Assembly (NCBI GenBank): GCA_963745835.1
Contig: CAVUZH010000003.1
Span: forward strand, 352,001-416,000
DNA from: an uncultured delta proteobacterium
Lineage (GTDB): Bacteria > Desulfobacterota > Binatia > UBA9968
Length of the DNA stretch: 64,000 bases
Direction: 5' to 3'
Of the stretch, positions 29,035-39,406 are shown piece by piece. Below the pieces are notes generated by a model that saw only the letters and a program-made list of their open reading frames with translations, was not told where the DNA came from and searched no databases. Made by a program: the position numbers and the translations under genes. The first letter of the stretch is position 1, and the number at the start of each line of letters is the position of its first letter.

Positions 29035-30036
29035 ATGTTGAGAAAATATTTTGCAATTCTATTCGCACTGTTGTTCGTACTGGCGCGGCAGGCCGCGGTC
29101 GATGGCGCGCAGACTGCCCCACCGACCAAGATCACCGCGGGTTATGGCGGCGAGTTGGGCTATCAGGCGCCATTGTGGATCGCTCATGAGCTAAAATTCT
29201 TCGCCAAGCACGGCATGAGCTCGGAGCTTGTTCGCATCGCCGGCGGATCGCGCAGTACTTCGGCGCTTTTGTCCAATGCCCTGCAACTTTCGCAAAGCGC
29301 GGGCGTCGCGCCGGTGCAGGCGAGTCTGGCGGGCGGCGACCTCGTCATCATTGCAACTTCGACCAATCGCGCGACCGTCAGCATCGTAGGCCAGCCCAAG
29401 ACAGTTAAGAAGCCGCGAGATCTCGTCGGCAAAACGGTTGGACTGGTTGGACGCGGCGAGATGAACGAGTTTTTCTTTCTGAACGCGCTGGAGCGTTGGG
29501 GCATCGATCCTAAGTCGGTGACGTTTGTCGCAATCCCCGGAACGCAGCCGCGACTGGCGGCCGTGGTGGCCGGAACCATCGACGCGACAATCCTGGCGCC
29601 GCCGTTTAGCTTTGAAGCGGAAAAGTACAACCTTACACCGCTGGCGGATTTCGCTACCGGTTCGGACTCGTTTCCCCAGTCCGGCTTGGTCGTCCGGAAA
29701 GAGCTTTTGCGCGCGAATCGCGACTTAGTTAAGCGCATGCTCACGTCCTACGTCGAAGCGATTCACGTTCTTAAAACGGATGCCGAGAAGAGCCTGCCGA
29801 TTATGAAAAAATATATGCGCATCACCGACGACGTCATCGCCAAGCGGAGCTATGAATACTATTCCAAGCTGTTTTCCTTGCCGCCTTTAACGGACGAGAA
29901 GGGCGTGGACGTAGTTCTCAAGTTTCTCGCTACTCAGGGCATGGCGAACGCCAGGAACGCCAAGCCCGATGATTTTTTTGATAACAGCTTACTCGCTGAA
30001 CTGCAGCGCGAAGGCGTCTTCGCTCGATTAAAGTAA
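29035..30036 (+). CDS. NitT/TauT-family ABC substrate-binding protein
   Basis: Signal peptide, APLWIA, DLVGKTVG, RLAAVVAGTIDA. Confidence 0.9.
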   Translation: MLRKYFAILFALLFVLARQAAVDGAQTAPPTKITAGYGGELGYQAPLWIAHELKFFAKHGMSSELVRIAGGSRSTSALLSNALQLSQSAGVAPVQASLAGGDLVIIATSTNRATVSIVGQPKTVKKPRDLVGKTVGLVGRGEMNEFFFLNALERWGIDPKSVTFVAIPGTQPRLAAVVAGTIDATILAPPFSFEAEKYNLTPLADFATGSDSFPQSGLVVRKELLRANRDLVKRMLTSYVEAIHVLKTDAEKSLPIMKKYMRITDDVIAKRSYEYYSKLFSLPPLTDEKGVDVVLKFLATQGMANARNAKPDDFFDNSLLAELQREGVFARLK

Positions 30037-30049
30037 CTAGAGATTTAGC

Positions 30050-31132
30050 ATGCCACGAACATACTTTAACTATGAATCCATGCTGCGCTGGCGCGCGGAC
30101 TGGTTGGAGAAGCAGATGACCGGTAAGTTGCTGGTCAGGGCTAACGAACGCGATTTCGAAGCGTCGCGCCAAGCGTTGCTGAAGCGCTACGTCACCTTCG
30201 AATTCACGCCGGAAGTCGCTTCGACCAACTGGTCAGTATTTTTGAACGACGTCAAGCAACACTCGGGCCGGCATAAGCATCAGGGCGGCCTGGTACTATT
30301 CGTCATCGAAGGAAACGGCAGCACCGACATCGACGGCACGCTCTATAAGTGGAAGCGCGGCGATTTGATCACCCTGCCGATCCGTCCGGGCGGCGTCGAG
30401 CATCAACATTTCAACGATGAGGCAGGGAAAGACTGCCGCTGGGTGGCATTTTATTATAGACCGTTTGAAGACTGGGTGTGTCACACGATGACCCATCTGC
30501 GGGATCACACCGACGAGCAGAACGGATTGCAGCTAAGGAACGCCAATGCCGCCGGACAAACCGCACTCGATCGACATTTTCCCGAGTTTCGATATCAGCC
30601 TGCGTCTGACACGTCAGAGAGCTTGTACGATTCGCTGATGCAAATGCGCGATCTCCAAAGGCAGCTGCGCGGACAGGCGAGCTGCATCCGCAATGGCGAT
30701 GAGTTGCCGTGGGAAATAAACCGACATGGCGTCATGCGTTGGTATCTGCATCCTTTGTTTCTATACACGGGACTGCGAAACTTCATGGCATATCTGCAAT
30801 GCATTCCGCCTCGCAGCCGGAGCGGCTTGCAGAAACATCCCGGCGACAAGATATTCTTTTTCCTGCGAGGCAACGGCCATACGGCAATCGACAGCGTGCG
30901 CCATGACTGGGGCGTTGAAGACTTGCTGATCTTGCCGATCCGCCCGAACGGCGCGACTTACCAGCACTTCAACGATAGCGATGAGCCGGCCTTTTTGTTC
31001 GCCTGCGAGCCGAGTTTGGCGTTTATCTTCGATTTAGACCGCGGTAGCAGCTTTGAAGAATTAGACCCCGCACCGGAATTTGGCAATGAAGGCGCACGAG
31101 AGAGATTCGCCGCCGGCGCGCCGGTGTTTTAA
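30050..31132 (+). CDS. Bicupin protein (gentisate-dioxygenase-like architecture)
   Basis: Two cupin repeats, SGRHKHQGG...EHQHFN and SGLQKHPGD...YQHFN. Confidence 0.75.
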   Translation: MPRTYFNYESMLRWRADWLEKQMTGKLLVRANERDFEASRQALLKRYVTFEFTPEVASTNWSVFLNDVKQHSGRHKHQGGLVLFVIEGNGSTDIDGTLYKWKRGDLITLPIRPGGVEHQHFNDEAGKDCRWVAFYYRPFEDWVCHTMTHLRDHTDEQNGLQLRNANAAGQTALDRHFPEFRYQPASDTSESLYDSLMQMRDLQRQLRGQASCIRNGDELPWEINRHGVMRWYLHPLFLYTGLRNFMAYLQCIPPRSRSGLQKHPGDKIFFFLRGNGHTAIDSVRHDWGVEDLLILPIRPNGATYQHFNDSDEPAFLFACEPSLAFIFDLDRGSSFEELDPAPEFGNEGARERFAAGAPVF

Positions 31133-31195
31133 GCGGATAAAATTCGGAATAGTTATGAAATCCGATCGCGACGCATAAGCTAACCATTGTTTCGA

Positions 31196-31435
31196 ATGGG
31201 ATTTCGGTCGTTCAATCGGAAGGGTCATAATGGCGAAAAGATTTATCGCTGCGGTATGGGTTTCATCGGAGGCGGACTACTGAGCATGATTCTTCTTGCT
31301 TTGTTTGCTTCGATCTTCGATTTGGCGTTTCAAAGTGTGATGCGAGCAGCTTTGATCCTAGGGTCCATTTTCGGTGTTGTGGGCTTCTGTTTTCCCGGTT
31401 TGGGAGCTAGTTTGTTCGCGCTGGTCGATTGGTGA
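31196..31435 (+). CDS. Small hypothetical membrane protein
   Basis: Two hydrophobic segments in a co-oriented gap. Confidence 0.4.
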   Translation: MGFRSFNRKGHNGEKIYRCGMGFIGGGLLSMILLALFASIFDLAFQSVMRAALILGSIFGVVGFCFPGLGASLFALVDW

Positions 31436-31495
31436 CGGAACGAGCCGGCCAGAAGAATCGATTTTTCGGTCTAAAAAATAGGCGAGGAGCTAGTT

Positions 31496-33175
31496 GTGGC
31501 CGTCGATCCGATTACCGTTGAAATTATTCGTTGTGCCCTAAAGGCGGCGGCTAACGAGATGTCTACGGTGCTGAAGAAGACCGCCTACAACATGATGATC
31601 TATGAGGTGCAGGATTATTGCGTGGCCGTTTTAGATGACGAGGGGCGGACGATGTCGCAGAATGAAGGCGCCTTGCCGATCTTCCTCGCTGATCTTGGAG
31701 TGGCGGTGCAGGACGGTATCGAAGTCTACGGCAAGGAAAACATTCATCCCGGCGATGTCTTCTTGGTCAATCATCCGGAAATTTGCGGACAGCACTTGAA
31801 TAACATGGCCGTGTACACGCCGTTCTTCTGGGCAGGTAAGTTGTTTTGTTTTCTCGCCGTACGCGCGCACTGGATCGACGTCGGCGGGGCGAGCACAGGG
31901 TTCGGTTCGAGCCAGACACGCGATGTGTATGAAGAAGGTATTCAAATCCGCTCGGTGAAAATTTACGCGCAGGGCAAGCCCAATCACGAGGTGTTGCGCC
32001 TGATCGAGGATAACATCCGATTCCCCGAATCATCGCTCGGCGATCTGCGCGCGCAGATCGCATGCTGCCGCACCGGCGAGGAACGCTTAGAGCAGATCTG
32101 CCGAAAGTACGGCGGCGCGCGCTTTCAAGCAGCGGTGCAGGTGATTTGGCACCAGACCGACAAGCTCGTTCGCGAATCCGTTCGCGCCATTCCAGACGGT
32201 GTCTATGAAGCGTCCTCGTTTCTCGACAACGACGGCAGAGATTTCTCAAAGACGGTGCCGATCAGGGTCAAAATCGAAGTGCAAGGCGATGAGCTCACGA
32301 TTGATTATTCGGAAGTCAGTGATCAGGTGCCCGGGTTTATCAACTGCGGCGCATCCGGCGGCATGGCCGCTGCACGTGTCGCATTCAAAGCGCTCACTTC
32401 ACCCCAGCGCGAAGTGAACGAAGGCTCGTTTTGCGCGCTCAAAGTTATTTTGCCGCCTGGCAAGTTGTTGAGCGCGCGCCGTCCGGCGCCGATCGGTGGC
32501 TGGAGTCTTTCGCTACCGACGGTGCTCGACACGATCTTACGGGCGCTGGCGCCGGCGCTGCCGGATCGCGTGCCCGCGGCGCACAAAGGCGATATGGGCG
32601 GCTACGCCATGTTCGGGACGCATCCGAGGACAGGAGTCCGGTATGTTTGTCAGAACATCATGGGCGGCGGCTGGGGTGGCAGGCCGTTCGAGGACGGCGC
32701 GGCGGCATCGGTTTCGATGTGCCAGGGCGACGTGAAGAACACGCCGATTGAGCTGCAGGAGCTGTATTATCCACTGCTCTTCGATTGCCATCAGTTTCGC
32801 GCCGACAGTGGCGGCGCCGGGAAATTTCGTGGTGGCAGCGGCCTCGAAGTGAAAGTCAAAGCGTTGCATGACGTCCTGGTCAGTCGCAACACGGATCGGA
32901 TTCAATGCCCGCCTTGGGGATTGATGGGCGGAAAAGAAGGGCTAACAAATCAAACGGTGATCGAGCGCAATGGTAAGCAGGAAACATTGCCGGGAAAATT
33001 CAGCCATCTGCTGGTGAAACCGGGAGAAACGGTGATTTTTCTCACTGCCGGCGGCGGGGGCTATGGCGACCCCTCACAGCGCGATCAGTCCGCGTTAAAG
33101 CGCGATGTCGCGTTGGGGTATGTGTCGGCAAAAGCGTCAAGAGACACTTACTCCTGTCGCGGCCAAGGGTCTTGA
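31496..33175 (+). CDS. Hydantoinase B/oxoprolinase family subunit, paralogue B
   Basis: Shares blocks with 19051..20709 (YNMMIYEV, GALPIFLADLG, HKGDMGGYA, VSMCQGDV). Confidence 0.92.
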   Translation: MAVDPITVEIIRCALKAAANEMSTVLKKTAYNMMIYEVQDYCVAVLDDEGRTMSQNEGALPIFLADLGVAVQDGIEVYGKENIHPGDVFLVNHPEICGQHLNNMAVYTPFFWAGKLFCFLAVRAHWIDVGGASTGFGSSQTRDVYEEGIQIRSVKIYAQGKPNHEVLRLIEDNIRFPESSLGDLRAQIACCRTGEERLEQICRKYGGARFQAAVQVIWHQTDKLVRESVRAIPDGVYEASSFLDNDGRDFSKTVPIRVKIEVQGDELTIDYSEVSDQVPGFINCGASGGMAAARVAFKALTSPQREVNEGSFCALKVILPPGKLLSARRPAPIGGWSLSLPTVLDTILRALAPALPDRVPAAHKGDMGGYAMFGTHPRTGVRYVCQNIMGGGWGGRPFEDGAAASVSMCQGDVKNTPIELQELYYPLLFDCHQFRADSGGAGKFRGGSGLEVKVKALHDVLVSRNTDRIQCPPWGLMGGKEGLTNQTVIERNGKQETLPGKFSHLLVKPGETVIFLTAGGGGYGDPSQRDQSALKRDVALGYVSAKASRDTYSCRGQGS

Positions 33176-33464
33176 CGACGAGTCGGCGACAAGGCAATCC
33201 AGCCGTGCGGTAGCAGTCGACCGATGTGTCGATTTCGTATCCCATGGCCACGGCGCCGTTCCGGCCCGCGGCAACCCTTCACGAAGATGGAGCTGCGGCA
33301 TCGCGATTTTTGCCTTGACAGAAAAGTTGCCCCTGCACTGGAAAGCAAAAGGATCTTTCATCATCGGGTTCAGCTCATTCTTTGCAATTTCCCTATTCTA
33401 AAGTTTGCCTAATTAATTAGATGGGCTCCGATGCGTCGTCGTAATCTAGCTCACGGAGGTATTT

Positions 33465-34586
33465 ATGGCGAAAAACAGGTTCAAAGCGTTCGATAGCGAT
33501 ATGCATGTTTACGACCATCCGGATCTTTATACCAAGTACATGAATCCCAAGTGGGGCGAACGGATTCCTGTGGCGAAAGGGTGGAACAAGCACGGGCGGC
33601 CGCAGTTTTCCATCGGCGGCGGGACCAAGCTGCGGCCGCGCGAGGCGTTGCTTGATTATGGCGAACAGCGGGTGGAGGAGCGTTATGGCTTCGCTCTCGC
33701 GAGAGGGTACGACGCAGTATCGCAGGTTCAGGCGATGGATATGGAAGGGCTCGACGTCGCGGTTTTGTTTCGTACTTCGCCGCTCCATTGCGATGAGACC
33801 TTTGAGCCGGAATATGCCAATGATCTGTGCAAAGCGTGGAACAGCTGGATCGCGGATTTTTGCCGGATTAGCCCCAAGCGTTTGAAGGCGTCGGCGTTGA
33901 TCACCCTGCACGATGTCGATTTGGCAATAGAGGAGGTGCGCCGCGCTGTCAACGAGCTTGGCGTGTCCGGCCTTTCGCTTTGTCCCGAGCCGATCAACGG
34001 CAAATTCATTCATGACCGCCACTTCGATCCTCTGTGGGCGGAGATCGAGAAGCTCGGCGTTGCGCTTTGCTTTCATCCGCCGGCAAGACCAAAGCAGGAT
34101 CAAGTCGCCAATAAGTTTTTCGGTCATCCAAACGGTGATATCGTCGCCCTGGCACTGCGCAATCCAGTCGAATTGATTCTGGCCGTTTCCGAGTTTTGCG
34201 CCGGTGGAGTTCTGGAAAAGTTTCCCAAACTTCGGGTGGCGTTCCTGGAAGGTAACTGCGCCTGGTTGCCATGGCTGCTTTACCGGCTCGATGAGCGGGC
34301 AAAGTTACATGGTGCGCTGGCCGATGTGCCGTTATCAAAGAAGCCTAGCGATTACTTCTTTCAACAGTGTTTCATCTCCGTCGATCCCGACGAACATCTG
34401 GTTGCCGATGTGATTTCCCGCATCGGCGATAACAATATTCTAATCTCGACCGACTATCCCCATATCGACGCGGCTTTTCCACATGCGCTCGATGAATTTT
34501 TCGCGATCGAAGAGATGAGCGATGCGAGCCGCCGCAAAATACTTTGGGACAACTGCGTCCGGCTCTACGGCGTCACGGATTCGTGA
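33465..34586 (+). CDS. Amidohydrolase_2 family protein
   Basis: DSDMH, FHPP, FPKLRVAFLEG, STDYPHID. Confidence 0.9.
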   Translation: MAKNRFKAFDSDMHVYDHPDLYTKYMNPKWGERIPVAKGWNKHGRPQFSIGGGTKLRPREALLDYGEQRVEERYGFALARGYDAVSQVQAMDMEGLDVAVLFRTSPLHCDETFEPEYANDLCKAWNSWIADFCRISPKRLKASALITLHDVDLAIEEVRRAVNELGVSGLSLCPEPINGKFIHDRHFDPLWAEIEKLGVALCFHPPARPKQDQVANKFFGHPNGDIVALALRNPVELILAVSEFCAGGVLEKFPKLRVAFLEGNCAWLPWLLYRLDERAKLHGALADVPLSKKPSDYFFQQCFISVDPDEHLVADVISRIGDNNILISTDYPHIDAAFPHALDEFFAIEEMSDASRRKILWDNCVRLYGVTDS

Positions 34587-34619
34587 TCTTTATCTGAGAT
34601 CTAATTTCAAGGAGGAGAA

Positions 34620-35561
34620 ATGGGAACGACGTTAGTCACCGGCGCTGGATTAGTGGGTACCTCATTCGGGCAAGTCGCGCTGAAACGGGGCGAAAAGCTA
34701 ATTTATTTCGATCCTCAACCGCGCCGGGAATTTCTCGAGATGAAGCTGGGCAAAGGGAACTTTCAGGTGGTGCAAAAAGATGTACGCGACCTGCCGGCAT
34801 TGATCGAAGCGATTCAGTCGCACAAGGTCCAAACTCTTGTGCATACGGCTGGTTTGATCGGTTCGAGGGTCGCGGAATCGTTGTACACGGGATTTCACAT
34901 AAACGTCGTCGGGACGATGAATGTCGCCGAAGCTGTTCGTTTAACCGGCGTAAAACGAATGGTCCACATCAGCACCTTCGGTGTTTACGACTGGCGTAAA
35001 GAAGCTTCCGAACCGGTCACGGAGGACTTCTATAAGGGGAGCGGTGTGCCTTACGGCAATTCCAAAGTCGCCAAGGAACTACTGCTGGAGGCTTACCAGC
35101 GAATGCACAAGTTTGAGCTAATGGTAATTCGTCCGGCCAATGTTTACGGCCTGGGTCATTTCTGGTCTGGTTCCGGCGGCGGTGAAAAGATACAAGCTTT
35201 GCTGGTGAGCGGGCTCAAAGGCGAGACCGCCAAGATTCCCGAAGAACAAACCATGGCCTTCGAATACATTTATTGCAAGGACCTGGGTCGCGCCGTTGAT
35301 CTGGCGGCGACTGTTCCCCAGCCCGAGAAAAACACTTTCAATATCGGCGAGGGCAAAGTTACGCAATTCGAGGAAATCGTTGCGACTGTGAAAAAACTCT
35401 TGCCGAAGTGTTCTGTAGAAATTATCCCAGGGACGCCCCCGGTCTCACGCACCCAGCATCTCGACATCAGCCGGGCGAAGAAATATCTCGGCTGGGAACC
35501 GCAATACACGATGGAACAGGGATTCAAGGACTATATGGAGGATCTGAAGAAGACCCTGTAG
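34620..35561 (+). CDS. NAD-dependent epimerase/dehydratase (extended SDR)
   Basis: LVTGAGLVG, YGNSK catalytic motif, RPANVYG. Confidence 0.9.
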   Translation: MGTTLVTGAGLVGTSFGQVALKRGEKLIYFDPQPRREFLEMKLGKGNFQVVQKDVRDLPALIEAIQSHKVQTLVHTAGLIGSRVAESLYTGFHINVVGTMNVAEAVRLTGVKRMVHISTFGVYDWRKEASEPVTEDFYKGSGVPYGNSKVAKELLLEAYQRMHKFELMVIRPANVYGLGHFWSGSGGGEKIQALLVSGLKGETAKIPEEQTMAFEYIYCKDLGRAVDLAATVPQPEKNTFNIGEGKVTQFEEIVATVKKLLPKCSVEIIPGTPPVSRTQHLDISRAKKYLGWEPQYTMEQGFKDYMEDLKKTL

Positions 35562-35658
35562 CGGAACGGCGGGCGTGAAGGCAGGAGTGTTCGCTTAGCT
35601 CAGCATGGCACCGATAGTTCCGCGGTTCGCAACAACCAAAGAATTGACTGACGACGTC

Positions 35659-35879
35659 GTGAAGAACGGATTAAAAGCATTGGATATCAATCTGCATCTC
35701 TAGCATCCGTCATCTGTACTCAAACGATATGGATAAGCGACGTTGACTATAATCTTCACCGATTATTCACAGGTCGATGCACACTTTCCCCGCAATTGAC
35801 GAGTTCTTGTGATTCGACGGTAACAGCTATACGAGTCCTCGGAAAATTTTGTGAGAAAATTGCGCCAAGCTTTGCGAGA
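35659..35879 (+). pseudogene. Internally deleted amidohydrolase relic
   Basis: VKNGLKALDINLHL*HP joined to IIFTDYSQVDAHFP...DEFL*...RKIL*ENCAKL, matching both termini of 33465..34586. Confidence 0.7.
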
Positions 35880-35897
35880 TGCGGCAGGAGGTGCTCA

Positions 35898-36887
35898 ATG
35901 ATAAAATTCGCGGGGATTTCGGCTATGGCTTTAACCCTTTTAACCTCGCCGATTGCTGCGTGGGGCGCGGAGGGAACCTCGAAAGCCGTATTCGCCTATG
36001 GAGCCATCAATGCCTACATGACCACGACCTGGGTGGCGCGCGAACAGGGATTTTTCCGTAAACACAGCGTGGAAGTGGAGCCGGTGTTCATTATCGCCAG
36101 CCGGGCTGCGCAGGCGATGCTTGCCGGTGAGGTTCACGTCGGTCTCATCGGCCCGACCCATGTTACCAACGCAGTTGCCGCGGGCGGCGATCTGGTAATG
36201 TTCCTCGGGAACCAGAACAATGTCCGATACATCATGGTAGTGCACCGTGACATAAAGAGGCATGAAGACTTAAAGGGCAAGAGAATCGCGATCGGAGCCA
36301 GCCAGGCGGGTTTAGCCTCATTGGCGACCCATGCGGCGCTTGATCACATGGGTCTTAGCGCGCGCCGAGACAACATCGCACTCCTGCTGATTGGCGAAGA
36401 ACCGATACGATTGGCCGCGCTGCAGGCTGGCAATGTACAGGCGACTCTAATTGCACCGGAACTGGCCAACACAGCCACAAGCCAGGGCTTCAGCATCCTA
36501 CTCGATATGGCCAAGCTCAACATCCCGTTTCAAGCAAGCGGTATGGTGACAACGCGCAAGCTCTTGCGCTCTGATCCGCTGATGCTCGAACGCGTCGGCA
36601 GGGCGACGGCCGATGCCATAAAGTTCATAGTTGCACCGCCAAATAAAAAAGCAGTTCTGAAAATCATGAGCAAGAATCTCAAGCTCGCGAAACCGGATCG
36701 ACTGGAAGCATCCTATGATGATCTTGTCGAAGAGTTGCCTCGCAGCATCTGCCCGACCGTGGCGGGAGTGCGTTCGGTCATGAAGTTTATGGCCGAGCTC
36801 GGCCTCAATCCTAAGGCGGCGGAGTTCAAGACCGATGACGTGGTGGATCTAACCTTGTGTAAGCGGTTGGGAGGGGACGGGCTGTGA
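35898..36887 (+). CDS. NitT/TauT-family ABC substrate-binding protein
   Basis: AGGAGG RBS, signal peptide, EQGFFRKH, DLKGKRIAI. Confidence 0.9.
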   Translation: MIKFAGISAMALTLLTSPIAAWGAEGTSKAVFAYGAINAYMTTTWVAREQGFFRKHSVEVEPVFIIASRAAQAMLAGEVHVGLIGPTHVTNAVAAGGDLVMFLGNQNNVRYIMVVHRDIKRHEDLKGKRIAIGASQAGLASLATHAALDHMGLSARRDNIALLLIGEEPIRLAALQAGNVQATLIAPELANTATSQGFSILLDMAKLNIPFQASGMVTTRKLLRSDPLMLERVGRATADAIKFIVAPPNKKAVLKIMSKNLKLAKPDRLEASYDDLVEELPRSICPTVAGVRSVMKFMAELGLNPKAAEFKTDDVVDLTLCKRLGGDGL

Positions 36888-37197
36888 AAAACCGCGCGGT
36901 TGGTTTTATTCGATTGCGTTAATCGTCTGCTCTGGATTTCGCTTGTTTAAAACCAACTAACAACAAGGTTTGTTCCGAAAAAACTCCGACGAGAAATCTG
37001 CCTTACCAGATAGATCCGAAAAGCGGTGTGACGATGACCACGCGAGGCAAGGTGCTTCGAGGAAGTTTTTGCAGGCTTGCTTTCTTTGACCTATGAGTCT
37101 CGCTTTTGGCCGCTGCCGAAGTCGGGGAAGCGGCGCGACGAAAGACTCCAGTGATCAAGCTCCGCGAGACCGTTACAACTGACCTGAAGGAGAGTTT

Positions 37198-38178
37198 ATG
37201 AACATCAAATTTGCTCTTTTTGCCATGCTCCTCGCATTAGCGGTTGCGAAGCCGATCGACGCAGAAATCATCAACTTCAGCACTGCCAGTGATTCCGGTA
37301 ATACCGCGCCCTTATGGATCGCCGCGGATCTGGGTTTTTTTGAGAAATACGGCAATACAGTTCGCCTCGTGTTCATCCAGGGTGCCACCGTTTCGATTTC
37401 CGCTCTTCTCAACAACGATGTGCACATGGCGCAGTTTTCGCCGATGCTGGCGATCGCCAATAACATAAAGGGAATGGATTTCACTATAACGATGAGCTTC
37501 AACCAGTTCATGGACAACAACGTCTTTGGTAGAAAAGGAATCACCGACGTCAAGCAGATCAAGAGTCTGGCAATCGGCCGCTATGGGAGTTCGTCGGACT
37601 TCATGGGCCGTTTCCTGCTGCAGAGGGAGGGCTTGAAGCCGGAGAGCGAGGTAGCTTTACTCCAGTTCGGAAACCAAACCGGCCGGCTGCTTGCCGTCGA
37701 AGCCGGGCGCGCCGATGCTGCTATCGTCACGCCGCCAATCACGTTGATGGCGAGAAAAAAGGGATTTCCTCTTCTGATCGATGCCTCTCGTTTAAAGATT
37801 CCCTACACCAGCGCGGTGGTGGTCACGCGAAAATCCTTCATTCAAGCTAACCGGCCGGTGGTGGTCAATTTCATGAAGGGCTTGATCGAAGGGATTTGCT
37901 ATTACAAAACCCACAAGGAGCAAAGCTTCAAGGTGATGAGCAAATACATGCGCATTCAGGATCGAGAGGTTTTGGAGGAAAACTTTCGCGCTTACGATCA
38001 CAGTCTTCGCCCGTATGCTACGGATGCGGAATTGGAAATTCCCATTCAAGAGGTAAGTAAGAGTGAACCCAAGGCCGTTAAAGCGAACCCTGCTCAGTTC
38101 GTCGATCACTCGATCCTCAAAGAACTGGAAACGACCGGTTTCATCGATCGCATGGTGACGCAGTACGGTCTAAAATAA
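37198..38178 (+). CDS. NitT/TauT-family ABC substrate-binding protein
   Basis: Signal peptide, APLWIAADLGFFEKYG, GRYGSSSDF. Confidence 0.9.
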   Translation: MNIKFALFAMLLALAVAKPIDAEIINFSTASDSGNTAPLWIAADLGFFEKYGNTVRLVFIQGATVSISALLNNDVHMAQFSPMLAIANNIKGMDFTITMSFNQFMDNNVFGRKGITDVKQIKSLAIGRYGSSSDFMGRFLLQREGLKPESEVALLQFGNQTGRLLAVEAGRADAAIVTPPITLMARKKGFPLLIDASRLKIPYTSAVVVTRKSFIQANRPVVVNFMKGLIEGICYYKTHKEQSFKVMSKYMRIQDREVLEENFRAYDHSLRPYATDAELEIPIQEVSKSEPKAVKANPAQFVDHSILKELETTGFIDRMVTQYGLK

Positions 38179-38280
38179 GCGGGTGATTCACCGCTTTCGC
38201 CAGGCTCCGCCGCAGAGTAGGGAAATGGCAACTCTGCGCGATCCGCTGGTCGGCAGGGCTCTTTCGTGCTAGCCGACTAT

Positions 38281-39189
38281 TCACGGCACTGATGTGCACT
38301 GCAGATCGGCGCCAATCGTCAGGGGACCTGTATAGAACTTCTTCAGTTCAGCGATGGCAGCATCAAGATTAAACTGACCGATGTGACTGAGAATCAGTCG
38401 CCCAACGCCCGCTTCTTGTGCGACACGACCGACGACCGCAGGTGAAGCGTGGAGAGGACTAGTTTCGCCTGCTGCAATGGCGAGATGCATGATCAGGACG
38501 TTTGCTCCCTTCGCGAACTCGACGAATCTCGGGTTGGTACCGGTCTGATCGGAGCTGAATACGATTGAGACGTCGCGTGTTTGAACGCGGTACGCCAGGG
38601 CCGGAAGATTGCCGTGCGGTATTCCCAACGCAGTCACGGTCACTCCCTGCCCGTCGAACACTTCTAACGGTTCGGTTTTTGTCACATCAACGACGCCGAC
38701 ATCGAGACGAACACCTCCTCCCGCTTTTCCCGGCGTGGCACCCAACGTGGGGCCGAGCACTTGAAATGCGCCATTCTTCTCATCGAATAAGCGACTGAGA
38801 AACGTCGGAAAGCTCGGCGCCACGTCGTTACCGGAAGGACCCACTATGGGCAACGAGTTCTTGCGAGCCTGATGGCTCAACCACAGCAGGGCGGGCAGGT
38901 CAGAAACGTGATCGGGATGAAGATGGCTTATCGCAACCAACGACAGGTCGCTAAGCTTCGCTTGGCTTTGGCCAAAGCGAAGGAAGGCTCCCCCGCCAAT
39001 ATCGACAAGTATCCTCGCCTGAGCATCGATCCAAAGGAGATAACTGGATGACGCGCGATCGGGGTTGACCCTGGGTCCACCAGAACCCAGGATTTGGACT
39101 GCTACCGGACTGTCGGCGCAGCTTTGAGCCAACGCGCTGGCCGGGATGAAGAGAAGCGCGAGCAAGCTAACAATCACAAATTGAATCAT
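38281..39189 (-). CDS. Secreted MBL-fold metallo-hydrolase (AtsA/RNase Z-like group)
   Basis: Signal peptide, ILGSGGP, SHLHPDH, SSD, LILSH. Confidence 0.88.
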   Translation of the reverse strand: MIQFVIVSLLALLFIPASALAQSCADSPVAVQILGSGGPRVNPDRASSSYLLWIDAQARILVDIGGGAFLRFGQSQAKLSDLSLVAISHLHPDHVSDLPALLWLSHQARKNSLPIVGPSGNDVAPSFPTFLSRLFDEKNGAFQVLGPTLGATPGKAGGGVRLDVGVVDVTKTEPLEVFDGQGVTVTALGIPHGNLPALAYRVQTRDVSIVFSSDQTGTNPRFVEFAKGANVLIMHLAIAAGETSPLHASPAVVGRVAQEAGVGRLILSHIGQFNLDAAIAELKKFYTGPLTIGADLQCTSVP

Positions 39190-39235
39190 GAGTGCAGCTC
39201 CGTATACCTGAGCAGGTCTCAGAAATTGTAAAGAA

Positions 39236-39331
39236 CCTGACGCGCCACCCGAGCTCAGCGACCCGGCCGACGAGGGCGTCCGGTGCAACCGGAGCGCGAT
39301 GGCCGGGGTTCGCTGCAGCGCATGGTTAGGC
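39236..39331 (-). mobile_element. Solo integron attC-like site with degenerate R' box
   Basis: Minus strand reads GCCTAAC-CATGCGCTGCAGCGAACCCCGGCC...GGCCGGGTCGCTGAGCTCGGGT; RYYYAAC box, paired L boxes with one extra base, long hairpin. Confidence 0.75.
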
Positions 39332-39406
39332 CACACGGTGTTTATCAAACTCATCGTGAACATAGTTTTCGCAAACTCGGCAAATGCGATTCGATCCTAT
39401 CGAATG

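Noticed and set aside
39190-39363. N-terminal extension of the MBL hydrolase in the ORF track
   Set aside because: It is the translated attC hairpin; the signal peptide begins at ATG 39189.
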